Part shown: one piece after another, positions 38,046 through 51,300 of the stretch
Numbering within the stretch: the stretch's first letter is position 1
How the letters are laid out: every line of letters begins with the position of its first letter
NCBI RefSeq assembly: GCF_026210795.1
Contig: NC_089429.1
Coordinates: 7,812,001 to 7,876,000 of the forward strand
Source: Rhizophagus irregularis
Lineage: Eukaryota
Reading direction: 5' to 3'
Length of the DNA stretch: 64,000 nt
Made by a program: the position numbers and the translations under genes
The notes under the pieces: generated by a model
Database searches by the model: none
What the model was told of the DNA's origin: nothing
Seen by the model: the letters and a program-made list of their open reading frames with translations, nothing else

Positions 38046-39749
38046 TATGACTTTTTTATAATAACAATAGCAATAGAACCTTTTTTACATATCAAAGTTG
38101 CGTACGTAAGTACGTAACCAATTTCTCAAAATGTAACATAATTTTTATTTAATTAACTATTTATGTAAATTATGTTACATATTTCAAATCCCGTGTGAAA
38201 ATATTTTTTACAACTTGTCCATAAATATTGAGAAAATGTTTCACAATATATATATATGTATTGGCGCAGCGAAAATCTTTTAATAATTTCTAAAAATCAA
38301 CAACTTTTTTAAGTTATAGCATATTTATTATCCTGCATATCTCTCACATATCATTGAATTTTATTATGAAGACTAAATATATTCTAAACCGGTTCTAGAC
38401 TTGTTTTTTTATTATACTGATAACGAATAATATTAATTGATATTTAAACGCTTAAAAATCAAAACATTAAAAAAAAAATGCAATATTCAAAGAATCTATT
38501 TTAGAGGAAATAAAATATTCAAGGCAAAGAAAAAAAATACATATCCAAAAGAAATGATTCTTAAAATATATTCATTGCCAAGCCCAAATGGAAAATTTAA
38601 AGAGCAGACTTTATGAAAGTATGATGTATAATGAATACTAATTAGCAATTAGCATGAAAGGAGTTTATTAGTTTATACTCCGGATAATCCAGAAAAATTA
38701 TCATCCATGATTCTGTGAATATTCTTTGTACATACGGTAAAATTCGTTTAAAAAAAAATATATCTTATCCGATGATAAGGCAATGATTGATAAAAAAAAA
38801 AATTGTTTTAACCTGAATTAGAGATTCCGCAATTAAAATGAGTTAATTAATACTATGCATATTATTTTCAAATGGGTTCTCATGATCATAGTGTGCATAA
38901 TCATATCTTTACTTCTTCAGCTATGTCCCCTGTCCTTGGCGTAATTTTCGTTCCCCAACTTTTGTAATTTTTATAAAATTTTAAATTTTTTCAAATGATT
39001 TTTACTCATTCGGATTAAAAAGTATTTTTAAATTAAGCTGAAAAAAAGAAGAATCAGGTTTCTTTACAAGTTATTTGTATTTAGTTGTCATGTGAATTGT
39101 CATTTATTTTCTAGTATCACAACTTTATCAAAATTTGATATAGAAATAATTACTTATTTCGGTAACAAAAACAGGTAGGCGCAGAATTAATTTTAATTTT
39201 TAGTCACGTTACTTTAAGTCAAACCAAGGGCTTCACGTGTTCTAAATTTATATTGTTGGCACGTGGAATCATGTGTCTTGAAATAGTTAAAAAAAAAAAA
39301 TTTATTAAATGAAAACTAGAAAAATGATCATTTATCAGATTATTTATATAACAAAAAACTTGTATAATACATCTTATGTGAAATTACTAAGTTCGATAAT
39401 TCTAATAATTATATTTTATCTAGTCATAATTCACTGTTAAAGGACTATATTATAAGAGTAAGCTTCTTTCTTCTTCCTGGAGTTTCGTTTGAGTCAAAGT
39501 CATCAAATAACCCCAAGCAATTGCTAATATTCTACTTAGAGCTGTTCATTAACGAATCCTTGTTAAATAAACATGATCTCTGTTAACTCAAAGATCAAGA
39601 AAAAGCATGCTTTGAAACCAGAAATTGCTTTGGGATTTACTTGAGTCATTTATTAGAGGCCATGACACAAGTGTGGCTCCCGGCCATCTTTGCCATTCGA
39701 TCTCTTTTAATTGAAAGATTGATATTCAATTTAGGATAAGGAGATGAAT

Positions 39750-39960
39750 GACTAGGACTATTTAGTGAATTATATAAGTGAAGGCTATCAAAATTAAAAG
39801 AAATGTTTTCAAGATTTTTTTGTGATTTAATTATATTACTTAGATTTTCTTCTATGAATTGGAAATTAATTGAAGAAATTGAATCTCCATCAAACATTTC
39901 TTAAACTTGCCAAATTGAAATGAGACCAATGAGACCAAGTTTAAACATTAAGTAAATAGA
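39750..39960 (-). pseudogene. Fragment resembling the expanded Glomeromycotina F-box/LRR-like family
   Basis: Peptide IEENLSNIIKSQKNLENISFNFDSLHLYNSLNS resembles, from recall, a conserved block of that family. No complete gene around it. Confidence 0.35.
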
Positions 39961-42671
39961 AACCTAAGGTCAATGAATAAATCTTCTACTATGAAAGAAG
40001 CAAGAATTTTTGACAGAAATTATTTTATTCAATTTATTTAAATATAAAAATAAGGTCTATAAATTTAATGGTCAAAATTATGAAAGTAATGAATTTATTT
40101 TAGTTTTAATGATAATTATTAAAAAAAAAAAATTTTTTTTGAGTAAGGAACCTTTTTGAAAATGATTGAAGGCGAGAATGTACCTTTTTATAAGTAATCC
40201 CATGATCAAATAACGTCATTCATAAAATAATTTTATTTCCTGTAAAGGGTTGATTATGTTCTATGGAGATAAAAAAGGGAATGACAATTGTCATGAATCA
40301 TTAAAAATGTAACATTAAAAATTAATTAAAAAAAAATTAAAAGAATTTCTTTGGTATGATACAATTAACTGTTAAATTATAAATTAATAAATATATCGTT
40401 GAATTGTACAAATTATTCAGATTAAATAAATATATCGTAAAATTCAATAAACATCAACCTCTAATATTATTTCCGCTTCATAATCCCTAAATTTGTATTT
40501 TAATAAAAAATCCATTATTCATTTATATTATGAAACAAACAATTTATTCAATAGGTACAATCATAAATAATGTGCTGAAAAAGTGTAAATTGGGGGACTC
40601 TTAAATTCAATAAATTAAATATAGAAATAATAATATTATCAATATCGCGAACTCCGAGATAATCACTACTTTATTCAACAATTAATAGCGTACAAGGAAA
40701 CTGCGGCTGATCAAATTAGGAAAAAATGAAAAAACAAAAAAATTTCAAATAAGGAAATATCGAAAGCAAAAAGGTTTTTTTATGTCCTTTTATGTCCTTT
40801 TATTGTGGTTTCAAATGCTCAATAATCGTAATGATCATCCGCTTAATAATTAATTACAACTACAACCCATATGAAAAATATGATAATATTGTGTGTATTA
40901 TTGCAATAGTTCACTCTTATTTTTATTTTTTTGTCACCAAACAGATTTTCGGTATGCATGTTATCATTTTTATTATTTACCAATAATAAAAAGGTACTAA
41001 TCTTGAATAATACTTTTTACGGGATCAACGGACAGAAAATTTTGAACATCGATAATCCACTCTTGTTGACCGTACTTGGTTCTTGATATACCGGTTCTTT
41101 GGTATATGATCTGTACACAAGAGCCAGATCATGATGCAGTTAGGCCTGGAAACACGTTAGATTTTTTCAAACCCGGAAATCGTAATTTCAAAAATCATTT
41201 TCTTGAATTATTTTTTACATTTTTACAATTTTACATCGATATGTCGAATCACGTGACTTAACGAGTGATGATGTTCATTGAATATCTACACATTTAACAG
41301 TTTATCCAGTGCATTTTATTTTTGGTTTTCTTTTCTTATCTCCCTTTCGACTTGGTCCTTCTTTATTATATGTACAGTCCAAGAAGGAGGGTCAAGTCGT
41401 CTTTTTTTCACATTATTTGAAATTACACTTTTAACAACCGACATAGAGTATGTTTGTTTGAAAATTTTAAATGTTCCTTTTAAAGTTTTTTTTTTCCTAA
41501 AAAAAAAAAACAATGAGAGAGAGAAAACTGGTTTATGAACTTTTTTTTTCAGTACAAAAATTTCTTTTGCGCTTTAGTAGTTGAGTTTGGAATTTTGCTC
41601 ATTATTCCCAACCTTCTTTTCACCGTACCCTTACTTTACTATCAGAAATATCCATTTTCACACGTCTCAATAATGCAACTCTTATCGTTATACATAGTTG
41701 TATTTACTCGTTAACTTTTGATTTCTATTCTTTTTGGAAATTTTCACGAACAATAGAAAAAAATTGCTGGTATAGTTTAACGTAAATAACGTAAAAATAT
41801 TATGTTTTTATCGAATTGATCGATCTGGAAGATAATATAATATTCAAAAGAAAAATTTTTATGAAATCCCTTTCATATTTAGTGATCAATAGACTTTGGT
41901 AACGCAACAAAAGGACGAAAGGATGAATTTACCAGTAATGTAACGTCAACCAAAAGAAATTTGTCGGCAAAGCGATCGAGTTGGTTAAACGGTATCACAT
42001 ATAATTTATATTGAACAAAAATCCGTTGAAACTACTTTTTTTATTTAAAAAACTATTTTATTTTCAAGATAATTCGATAATTCTTAACCCTGGAAAATAA
42101 TTACTTGGTAATTTGGGCCAAATCGATGCAAGCCTGAAAATATCACAAGGATAGTCGGTTTCTCTCAGAATTTTTTTTTTTTGTAACTGAGGTAAATTTA
42201 AATCTCTTTCTATTTAAAGAATTAATATCTTTATATTTCTAATTATTTAATATTCTTTTCAATACAGAAATATTCGTACGCCAGGCAATCCTCTATTATG
42301 CATTTTCTAATTATACACATTAATAACGTAGTAGATGATGAAATTTTTTAAAAAAAAATTTAAACATTGCTAATCAGAATTTAGCATTAAATTTTCGATT
42401 CAAAATTCAACACAAGAGGACAAAATAATGTCAACTCACATACAGTTTATGAGACAATGAGACAATTCTTAATTTTGGACAATAATCTCATGATAATTTG
42501 GGGCAAAATTATTTATAATGTAAGATGAGAATGAAGAAAATATTACATTGCTTTTATTTTTTGTAAATCGAGGTATGTTATTTAAATCTTTTTATTTTAA
42601 AGGATCAAGTTCATTATATTTCTAATTATTTAATGATTTTTTTTCGATCTCTGCCCTTAAGCCCTTTATAG

Positions 42672-42885
42672 TAGAGTTTCGATCCGTAGCGGTTTTATCC
42701 GGTTTTTATCCGGATACCGGCTCGGTTAATTTAGGCTGGGACCACCAAAATTAATAAAAATTTATGGAATAATATTATTTTAATTCTGGCCGAAATTATA
42801 GTCCACTCAAAGCCGAAATTTGTAACCTTTTTTAATTATAATCCCACGTTAAAATATTTGAGGTTTTATCCGGATCGAAACACTA
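42672..42885. mobile_element. hAT-type MITE, 214 bp, 8 bp TSD
   Basis: TIRs TAGAGTTTCGATCCG / CGGATCGAAACACTA (1 mismatch); exact TSD CTTTATAG at 42664-42671 and 42886-42893. Confidence 0.9.
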
Positions 42886-44194
42886 CTTTATAGTCGACTT
42901 AATTCACAAGCGATATTTAAAAAAAATATCCTTTTTGAACTGTATAAAATTGTTACCTGGTAACAATCAATCGGGTTAAGCAAAAACAACAGATTAATCA
43001 CTTAATCGAAAGCAACACTTTTTATTATTTATTTGCTTTGAGGACCCTTTAGACGCCGATAATGAAATTTGTTGAAATCACGTGATTTTATCGTGGAATG
43101 AAGGCAAATGTTACCACTTATGTTGGGCGATAAACGAAAAACGAGATGTAGATAAATTAACGGGTCGTAAAAAATATCTCTGGAATTGTTCCGCCACTTT
43201 CAGCGCGTCTGTAACGACCAATTCACAACGAAACATACACAAATCGGTTAAAAATACGAGGATTTTAGGAAAGGACAAATTTGAGTTGGAAATTCCAATG
43301 ATATACGAATGGTGAACAATCGATAAATATCAGTTTTTACTAATAAATTACAGGATCTATCGACACTGCGTAACACATATATGACCTTATCAGAATATTT
43401 CCACAGATCTACCTGTACATTAACGTAAGGTATGTTATTTTAAAGTTAAATATTTCTTTTCGGTTTAAAAAAAAGAGTATTTATTTTTTAACTGTTTACA
43501 GGAATTTGTTTCGCTTTAATTGGCACATCTCTTATGTTCCCAATGGCTGAATAGCTTTATTCATTTTCCGGATCTTTAATAATTAATACCTTGAAATACT
43601 GTATACCAAATCTTTAAAACAAAAAAAAATTCAAAAAGATTAAAAGTGGATATTTTTACCATGGTAGTAGAATCATTTTTATATTGATAAAATTATAATT
43701 GTCTTTCAGAGCTAGCAACTGATGGATTCGGGCAAGCTGAATTAATTTGCTTGAGGCTTACGATTTGGACAATTTTATGAAGTAATCATTAGTTAATTTG
43801 TAAAATTTATTTAGTAATTTATTTCAATAAAATAAATCAAATATTAGTACCGTAAAATTAAATTATATTAATTTTGGAAAATTAGAATCTCTAGTAATCA
43901 TAGTTCATTAACCATTAGACATACCGCTAATATATGAAATAAATCTACCCTACAGTTTTTTTAGACATTTACGATATGTATATATATATTTTTTTTTCGA
44001 GAAAATGATATTCTTGGTACAGTATTTGAAATATTTCTGTCAAAAATTTGAGATTGGAACTGATATTCAATCATGATGAAAATAGTAGTAGATTAATTGC
44101 ATATATGCATATTTATTTATTTTTCTGCCGAAATTTTAATATTACATATTAATAAGATTTTGTTTTTTTTGCGATTCACAAAAAAAAATATATT

Positions 44195-46770
44195 CTAATA
44201 AAAAACAGGTGATGGAGAAGGCGGATCCTCAAGCTGTTCACGCTTCATTGGATTTATAGTACGCGCCTTTTTGCCAGTAGGTTTTTTTGGAGATTGCTTA
44301 ATAGGCCGAATATAAGTTTTCAATGCTGAAGTTTTAGAGGATAAAATTGAATTGCGGCTGTGTGATTTCTTTAACTTCTCAAGTACGTCAACAGTTTCAT
44401 TTAAACCTTTCTGTGCAAAAAAAGATCAGAAATGAGATGCTTCATTATAAGAAAAACCAAAAATAATAAACTTACTCCGAAATTCCATAATATCGGTAGC
44501 GCATGCATAAGTTCGTAGTGATCCTCCCAACTGATTGGGAACCGGAAAGTACCGAGGAGAAACATAAGATAAACTTTCTTAGCAGGAATGTCCATTCCCC
44601 AAATTTGCACATCTTGTCCTAGTAAATGTGGACACTTGGTTTAATAATTATTGAAAAGTTAAAACTCAAAAGTTCACACTTCGCTTTACTTACCATGTGT
44701 ATGAAGAAACCATACACGAAGTTGTCTCATAACCTTATAATCGCCACATGGAAGCATCGTTGCAATGTTATTGAGAAGGTCTCGCATACCCCAGCATCCA
44801 CGAACGTGGTCTTTCAGATATCGAGGAAAATCATCGGTGTTATACCCACCGGACATCTCTATCATCCCAAATTCAAACGGTCTATTACCAGTAGACTCAA
44901 AAACTCCATCAATTTTAAGACCTAATGGTTTATTGTCCTCAGGCTTAATGTTACGTCGAATCAAGCGCTGATTTGCGCTTGCTTGAAGATAGAATTCTCC
45001 TCTAGTTTGAGAGAAAGCAATATATTTCAATTATTAAAGTGAAAAACATTTGACATGAAATTCTGAAACATACGGAATATAAACATATTTATTATAAATG
45101 TTTGAGACGTATTGTAAAATGGGATGCAATAGAAGTGATCCCAAAATAGATTCTTGTTCACAAGGACAGTGGAACGCGTTCGTAGGATTGAAAACTACAT
45201 CCGCACTTAATATTAAAAATAAATTAATGATCAGAACAATAACAAAATTAAAATGACATCGTTATACAAAATACTTACAACCATCGAAGTACATTTACAA
45301 CAAATACCATTTGTTTATTTTTTGCATCGAATTTTGCGTTGTTAATACATTCCGAGTATTCCGCAAGGGAGTTCTGCAATTAGTTAATAATAGAATTAAA
45401 TATACAATAGTACATTATCAAGAGTTTTATTAAATACTTACTGTTTCTAATAAATCGTTAAATAGTTTCTTCGCGTCTGGTCCTAGTGAATCCTTGGGAA
45501 ATTCAACGCTTTCTTGTAAATATTCCCAGTCGTCGCTCCCAATCCACTCTGGCTGTTGAATCTTCGTTCCAAGTCGTATAATCCCCATATAAGATGGACT
45601 ATGTGCAAATGAATATAAGTTAGATTGAAAAGCAGAGGGAAAAGAAATAATGATCTAAAACTTACTGGGATTTATGTAAAGAAGAATGGCCACTTATTAC
45701 GTCAACTACCGATTTGCCAGAAGGCAATATCCAAGTTTCCATTGGGCTATCATCAGTGGGGTATACTGAAGTAGAGATTCTATTCTTTGATTTAAATTCG
45801 GTAGTAGCGATGCTTGGTCCAACTTCAGACCCGACAAACTCAACATCCAGGTCATCCTTGTACTCATTATCATTAATGTTGGAATATATTTCTGATTCAT
45901 CGCCTGAATTTACAATTTCTGTAGTTTCTACGAGAGGAGCTACACTGCTATCTTTGGAATATTTTCCTTTCTTTACATCAACTCCTACATTGAAAGTTTC
46001 GTTATATACAAATAAGTAATTACTTAATACATTATTTAATGAATATAGAGTGTGAATGTATTACCAGTACCATTGTGATTTTCTTTGTTTTCCTTGTATG
46101 TATTTATTATCTCTTCCCATAGGATTCTTAACTTTTTATATAACCGTCTATTTTCAGCATCTACCTGTTGTAAAGAAGAGACTCGTTAGTAGTGCATTAG
46201 GGCGCCTGAATTGAGGACTTGGGATGGGTACCAAGTTGTCAAACCCAGTAATTCTCCTAAAGTCAATCGCAATCAACCCGGAGTTGCCTTAACTTATTAT
46301 ATTTCACATTTAATTCCTCCTCCAGAATTAAAAAATCTTTATTAACGACAAATTTAGGGCGCCTGAATTGAGGACTTGGGATGGATACCAAGTTGTCAAA
46401 CCCAGTAATTCTCCTAAAGTCAATCGCAATCAACCCGGAGTTACCCACAAACTGCGAAATATAAAACGCACCTTATTTTTTAAATAAATATAGCTTTCTT
46501 TATCAAAAATTTGTTCCGCTTCTTTTAGAAACTTAGTTTTCCACATAATGTTAAGATTGTCCCACGTATTTGGGAATGATATCGATTCAACAATAACCTT
46601 ACGGTTGCGTAGTAGAAAGCCATAATACGATAAATACGATAATTTTTCTTGTCCTTTAAGATAGTTATGGAGTTCTAAAACCAAATAAAGAATTTTAACT
46701 CCTGAAAGTGGTGAGAATACATAGGAAGAATATGAAACAAATGAGACTTACTATCTTGATCACTGTTCAT
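44195..46770 (-). CDS. Second copy of the 10-exon PD-(D/E)XK-like protein gene
   Basis: Same exon structure with ATG at 46770 and TAG at 44195-44197; splice sites conserved. Visible amino-acid changes vs copy 1: I>T, F>V, E>D, R>L, R>G. Confidence 0.85.
46197..46442 (-). repeat. Intronic repeat-spacer-repeat cassette, copy 2
   Basis: 89 bp repeats at 46197-46285 and 46354-46442, with the same spacer and the same single mismatch as 4017-4262. Confidence 0.95.
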
Positions 46771-48158
46771 TTTTAAAAAATTCTCTGTTTAAAACGTCGA
46801 CTTTAAGTTTGATAAAAAATAATAAAAAAAACTGTCGAAGCTTTCTTTCTTAATCATGACTAATAAAATAAACTCTTGTGGCTTAATATGACGAAATACA
46901 GCAGAGCAAAGTAAAAAAGCCATTTTGAAAGTCAGAAAAGTTGTTGAGAGGACTGATCAGTCTGATCACTGATACGATAAGTACGTCATTAGAAATCTGC
47001 GATGATCGACATTTGCCAGCCAATGAAATTGATAGATCATGTGATTAATCACGACGATAACTTATCGTTTTATTCCATGAAACAAAAAGAAATTGATATA
47101 CAATATATATCAATATATATATATATACAGTATCATTATATATATCAGTAAAATTAGCTTAATTTAATAAATTAATATCGAGTAGAATTGTAAAAATTAT
47201 TTATTCAAAAAATTTCCTTCATGAATTTTTATATCAAAACGTTTTGTTGGGAAAAATGATCACTGAATCACAATTCTCTAACAAGGCTTTTAAGAAAAAC
47301 ACGTTTACGCGAATTAACCAACAAATGTGATTACAAAAGGTATTATTTGATCCCAACTTGCTGCTGCGCGTCATTACGGTTTCAATAAGTTTGCTGTGCC
47401 ACAATTCTCTACGGTTGAACCAATTTATTTATAATTTATTTAAGGATTATCACATCCATAAAAAGAAAGTCGCATAATAATAAGGAAGCATATGAAAAGA
47501 ATAAAAGAACAACGAAACCATAACAGATAATACCCATGTAATTAATTATGTTAATGAAAACCTTAAAATCCGGTTTTAAATAATTTATTTAATTAAAAAT
47601 AAAAATTTTTAACAATCAGGGAAAAATTAAAATAATAATTACAAGAAATACACAAAGAATACACAAAAAGATTTTTTGCGGATAACCTTTTTAAAAAAAT
47701 TTGGGTTGTATTTATCATGATATTCTTTACGGAGTTGATTTCCGAAAAAGTTCCTTTTGGATCACACGCTCTTCATTGTACGTAGATCCGTGGCAACCTC
47801 TATATGAACAAATTTGGATAAAAAATTTGTTTATCGATATTTTTTTTTAAAAAAAGAATTTTAGAATTTGTATTATTTACAATTATAAAATTGGATTTTA
47901 TTTTATCAATAATTAGTCATTTCGAACTTTCTTTTTTTTTTTTTAAAAAAAAAATAAAGTTGGTCCGGAATTCCGGAATATAGGTCATTTGCTTTCAAAA
48001 CATTGACTTGTCTTATATTTTATTCACATTTTTTTTAAAAAAAGTAATTCTTTATTCAATGTTAACCAAATATAAAATACATATGAAAATTACGACATAA
48101 AAAAAAAATAAAACAAATTTTGTTAAATAAAAATAATAAAACTTTTTTTTTTAAAGAA

Positions 48159-48473
48159 TTATTCAGATTTTTTAGTAGAATAAATTTCAAAGACACGCTC
48201 AGAAAGTTTCTTATAGACAGCTTTTTCTTCGCTGGATGCTTGTTTCCATAAAATACTAGCGGCTTTACTGATGACACGCATACTATAAATTCCTTTTCGT
48301 TTTGCTTCATTATGTACGTTTATTCTGCATATTAAAAATGAATTAGGAGGTTTTTTTGTTCGAGGACCGACTGGAGAAATGTATGATTCCGGATTATTAA
48401 ATAAAGGGGGGAAAATATTTTTTCTATCAATCATATTAATTAAAGATGTCGCCAAGTTTTCAATTTCTGACAT
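48159..48473 (-). CDS. MATA-type HMG-box protein (104 aa)
   Basis: First ATG at 48473 (MSEIENL...). HMG box KKPPNSFLICR...MRVISKAASILWKQASSEEKAVYKKLSE; intronless. Confidence 0.9.
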   Translation of the reverse strand: MSEIENLATSLINMIDRKNIFPPLFNNPESYISPVGPRTKKPPNSFLICRINVHNEAKRKGIYSMRVISKAASILWKQASSEEKAVYKKLSERVFEIYSTKKSE

Positions 48474-48809
48474 TTTTATCAAATTTGGATTTTTTTTTAT
48501 TATTATTTGGGAAAAAGGGAGAAAGTTTTTGGAGTTAATGAAAATAAATGATAAATTTGGGCGCTTTATATATGAGTTTCTTCAAAAAAGATTGGGCGGA
48601 ATTTACAATCGATGAAATCTGCAACACATAAAAATATTGCATATTTGACTTTAAGTGAGTATTTGGAAAATGGAACAAATATATTTTATTGGTGTACAAT
48701 AAAAGTAAAATTACCCTAAACAATTATCAATTGTATATTAATTGTATTAACTTTTTATGGAATAATAAATTATCGACTTTCCAATAGATCTAACAGAATG
48801 TCGGAATTA

Positions 48810-49090
48810 ATTTATAATGCCTTAAAAAAATTTGCAGATCTTTGGGCCAAACCAAACATAATCTTGGCCAAGTATCATATCACGTGAATCACGCGATTTC
48901 CTTATTCGCGTTTGAACGATAGAAGGAAGGGAGGTTCAATATGTTTATTCTAGGCGTCTAAATGAATTACGTAAAAAAATGCTGTAGAACAATGTGATCA
49001 TCGAGGGCGTATTTCATGAGAATTTTTTAAGATATGGAATTCTTTAAAAAGAACAATTAAAGTGAAAGATTATTTATTAATAAAACTGTT
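48810..49090. promoter_or_regulatory. Conserved upstream block of HMG gene 1 (paralogous to 51008-51300)
   Basis: Shared sequence includes ACATAATCTTGGCCA, ATATCACGTGAATCAC and TGTAGAACAATGTGATCAT.GAGGGCGTATTTCATGAGA. Confidence 0.6.
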
Positions 49091-49837
49091 GTTTATTTTA
49101 ATCTAATCACAGAATAATTAGAATAATTGGTGAAACATAAAAATTAGATGAATAATAAAATAAATGTGTAGCATTGTGTAGCAATAAATTTCAACGAATT
49201 TTTACATAAAAAAAAAATAAAGAACCTAAATGAGGCATTTTACATATTTAGATAATTTATTTTATTTATTTTTTTTCCTCAAAAAAAAAAATCCGAAATT
49301 TTATATCACGCTTTTCTTATCATAGCAGTAAGCAGTACTATAAATTTGAATAGATCGATAATTGTATGACGACCGTGAGACCATATAATTGATACATGTA
49401 TTTTGTGATACACAATGCAAGATTATTTATGGTTATTTGCGTGTACTCGTGTACCTTAGATCAGTCATATCAATTTATCATGTAAGATAAATTTTTTGTC
49501 GTCCTTGGATTAAAATCATTAATTTGGGAGCGCAAAGTAATATAATCAGGTGAGACAATGCGAAGAAATCAAATCGTAAAAATCATATATTTTTAAAATA
49601 TTTAATGTATAATTAACGAAATTTGATATTTGTAAAATTGATTTGTTTATTAATAAAATATAAAAAAAAATTGTTCAATACATTCTATAGAAAGAAATAC
49701 GAAAAAAAATATGGAAAATTTAATATCACAGTAAGTATTTTCATGCAGATAATAATTGATGAGTAAAAAAAATTGATAAAAGAAGGATAATATTTTCTAA
49801 ACTAAAAAGAAAAGAAAATGATTAATATTAAACTAAA

Positions 49838-50368
49838 TTAAATCCATTGATGATTTTCATCGAAATCATTATAATTAAATGAATTAAATGAATTAAATGG
49901 AATGACTTGGTTGTTATCGTGATCGTTAAAATAATTATTTAATGTTGTTTCGAGTATAGAGGATGGAGAAGGGAAAGGAAGTGGATGAGAAATAGGTGAA
50001 GGTTGAGTTGTTAATTCAATTTTAAATGAAGTTGAATTAACTAAATTTGAACTTCTTAATATATGGATTTCATAAACACGTTCGGCTATATTTTTGTATA
50101 CATCCTTTTCTTCAGGGGTCGCACTATTCCATAATATGCCGGCTGCCTTGCTAATTACTCGCATGTTGTGAGCTCCTTTTCTGTTCGCTTCTTTGGAGAC
50201 ATTTCTTCTGCATATAAGAAATGAATTAGTAGGTTTTTTTGGTCTTGATCCAGCTGGGGCAATAAATGATTCGGGATCATTAAATAAGGGGGGGAAAATA
50301 TTTTTTCTATTTAATTTTTGAACTAGAGATGTTGCTAAAAATTCTATTTGAAACTTATTTTCGATCAT
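49838..50368 (-). CDS. MATA-type HMG-box protein (176 aa) with Pro/Ser- and Asn-rich C-terminal tail
   Basis: First ATG at 50368 (MIENKFQ...). HMG box KKPTNSFLICR...MRVISKAAGILWNSATPEEKDVYKNIAE; shares RKNIFPPLFN.PES with the neighbouring gene. Confidence 0.9.
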   Translation of the reverse strand: MIENKFQIEFLATSLVQKLNRKNIFPPLFNDPESFIAPAGSRPKKPTNSFLICRRNVSKEANRKGAHNMRVISKAAGILWNSATPEEKDVYKNIAERVYEIHILRSSNLVNSTSFKIELTTQPSPISHPLPFPSPSSILETTLNNYFNDHDNNQVIPFNSFNSFNYNDFDENHQWI

Positions 50369-51007
50369 TTTAATGATTTCGAGATTTTGAGATTTCAAGA
50401 TTTTTATAAATATTGGGAAGAGAGATATTTATGAGATTTATGAGTTTTTTGTTTTCTTTCTTTTTGAAAAAAAAAAACATGAAAAAAACTTAAGCGTTTA
50501 TATATCTGTTTTTACAATAATAATATCAAAAGATAACTAATGTATTGTGAAAGAAATTTGACCGTATGACATAATACTTTTGCTTTCAAACGACGTACAG
50601 ACAATATTCAATGACCAAAAATAGTTATGCATTAATTAATTAATTAATTACTTTGTTCAATAACTATACTAGGAACAAAATATGATCCATGTATGTAACA
50701 TTTGGAATGTATGTAACACTTGGAAATTTCCAAACAAATTTCAAATCTTATTTGTTTGACGTCAAAATCCTTTTATAAAATTACCTTGTAATGTTAAATC
50801 ATTTTATTCCCTGTATGGTATAGTTCAAATCTATTGTTATTTGTAAGAATTCGTGATATATTTTTTATTTTTATTTTTATATGCTTTTAAATTTCATGCG
50901 CCAATAAAAATTTTGTTGTAGCATTTATTTATTATAATGCATGTAATTGAAAAGAATTTTAACAATCAAGTTTTTTTATTTTTTGAAAAAAAAAATAAAA
51001 ATCATAA

Positions 51008-51300
51008 TTTATAATGCCTTAACAAAATTTGTAGATCCTTGGGCCAAATTAACATAATCTTGGCCAGATATCATCGTATCAGATATCACGTGAATCACAC
51101 AATTTCCTTTTCGCGTCTAAAGTATAGAATGAAGAATGTATATTCTAGACGTACGTAAAGGATGTTGTAGAACAATGTGATCATTGAGGGCGTATTTCAT
51201 GAGACTTTTTAAGATATGAATTTCTTTAAAAGGAACGATTGAAAAGTGATTTTTTTAAAAAAATATTCATTATAAAAAATATGTTGTTTATTTTAATCCA
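51008..51300. promoter_or_regulatory. Conserved upstream block of HMG gene 2
   Basis: Direct diverged copy of 48810-49090, while the DNA between each block and its ATG does not align well. Confidence 0.6.

Larger units (their letters stand above)
44036..47055 (-). mobile_element. ~3.0 kb duplicated gene module, copy 2
   Basis: Reverse complement of 3413-6431 with a handful of SNPs, two 9 bp indels near the ends and 1 bp intronic indels. Confidence 0.8.

Noticed and set aside
48159..50368. Mucorales-type sex locus (sexP/sexM)
   Set aside because: No flanking triose-phosphate transporter or RNA helicase gene is visible, and MATA-HMG genes form a large family in these fungi; no gene symbol assigned.
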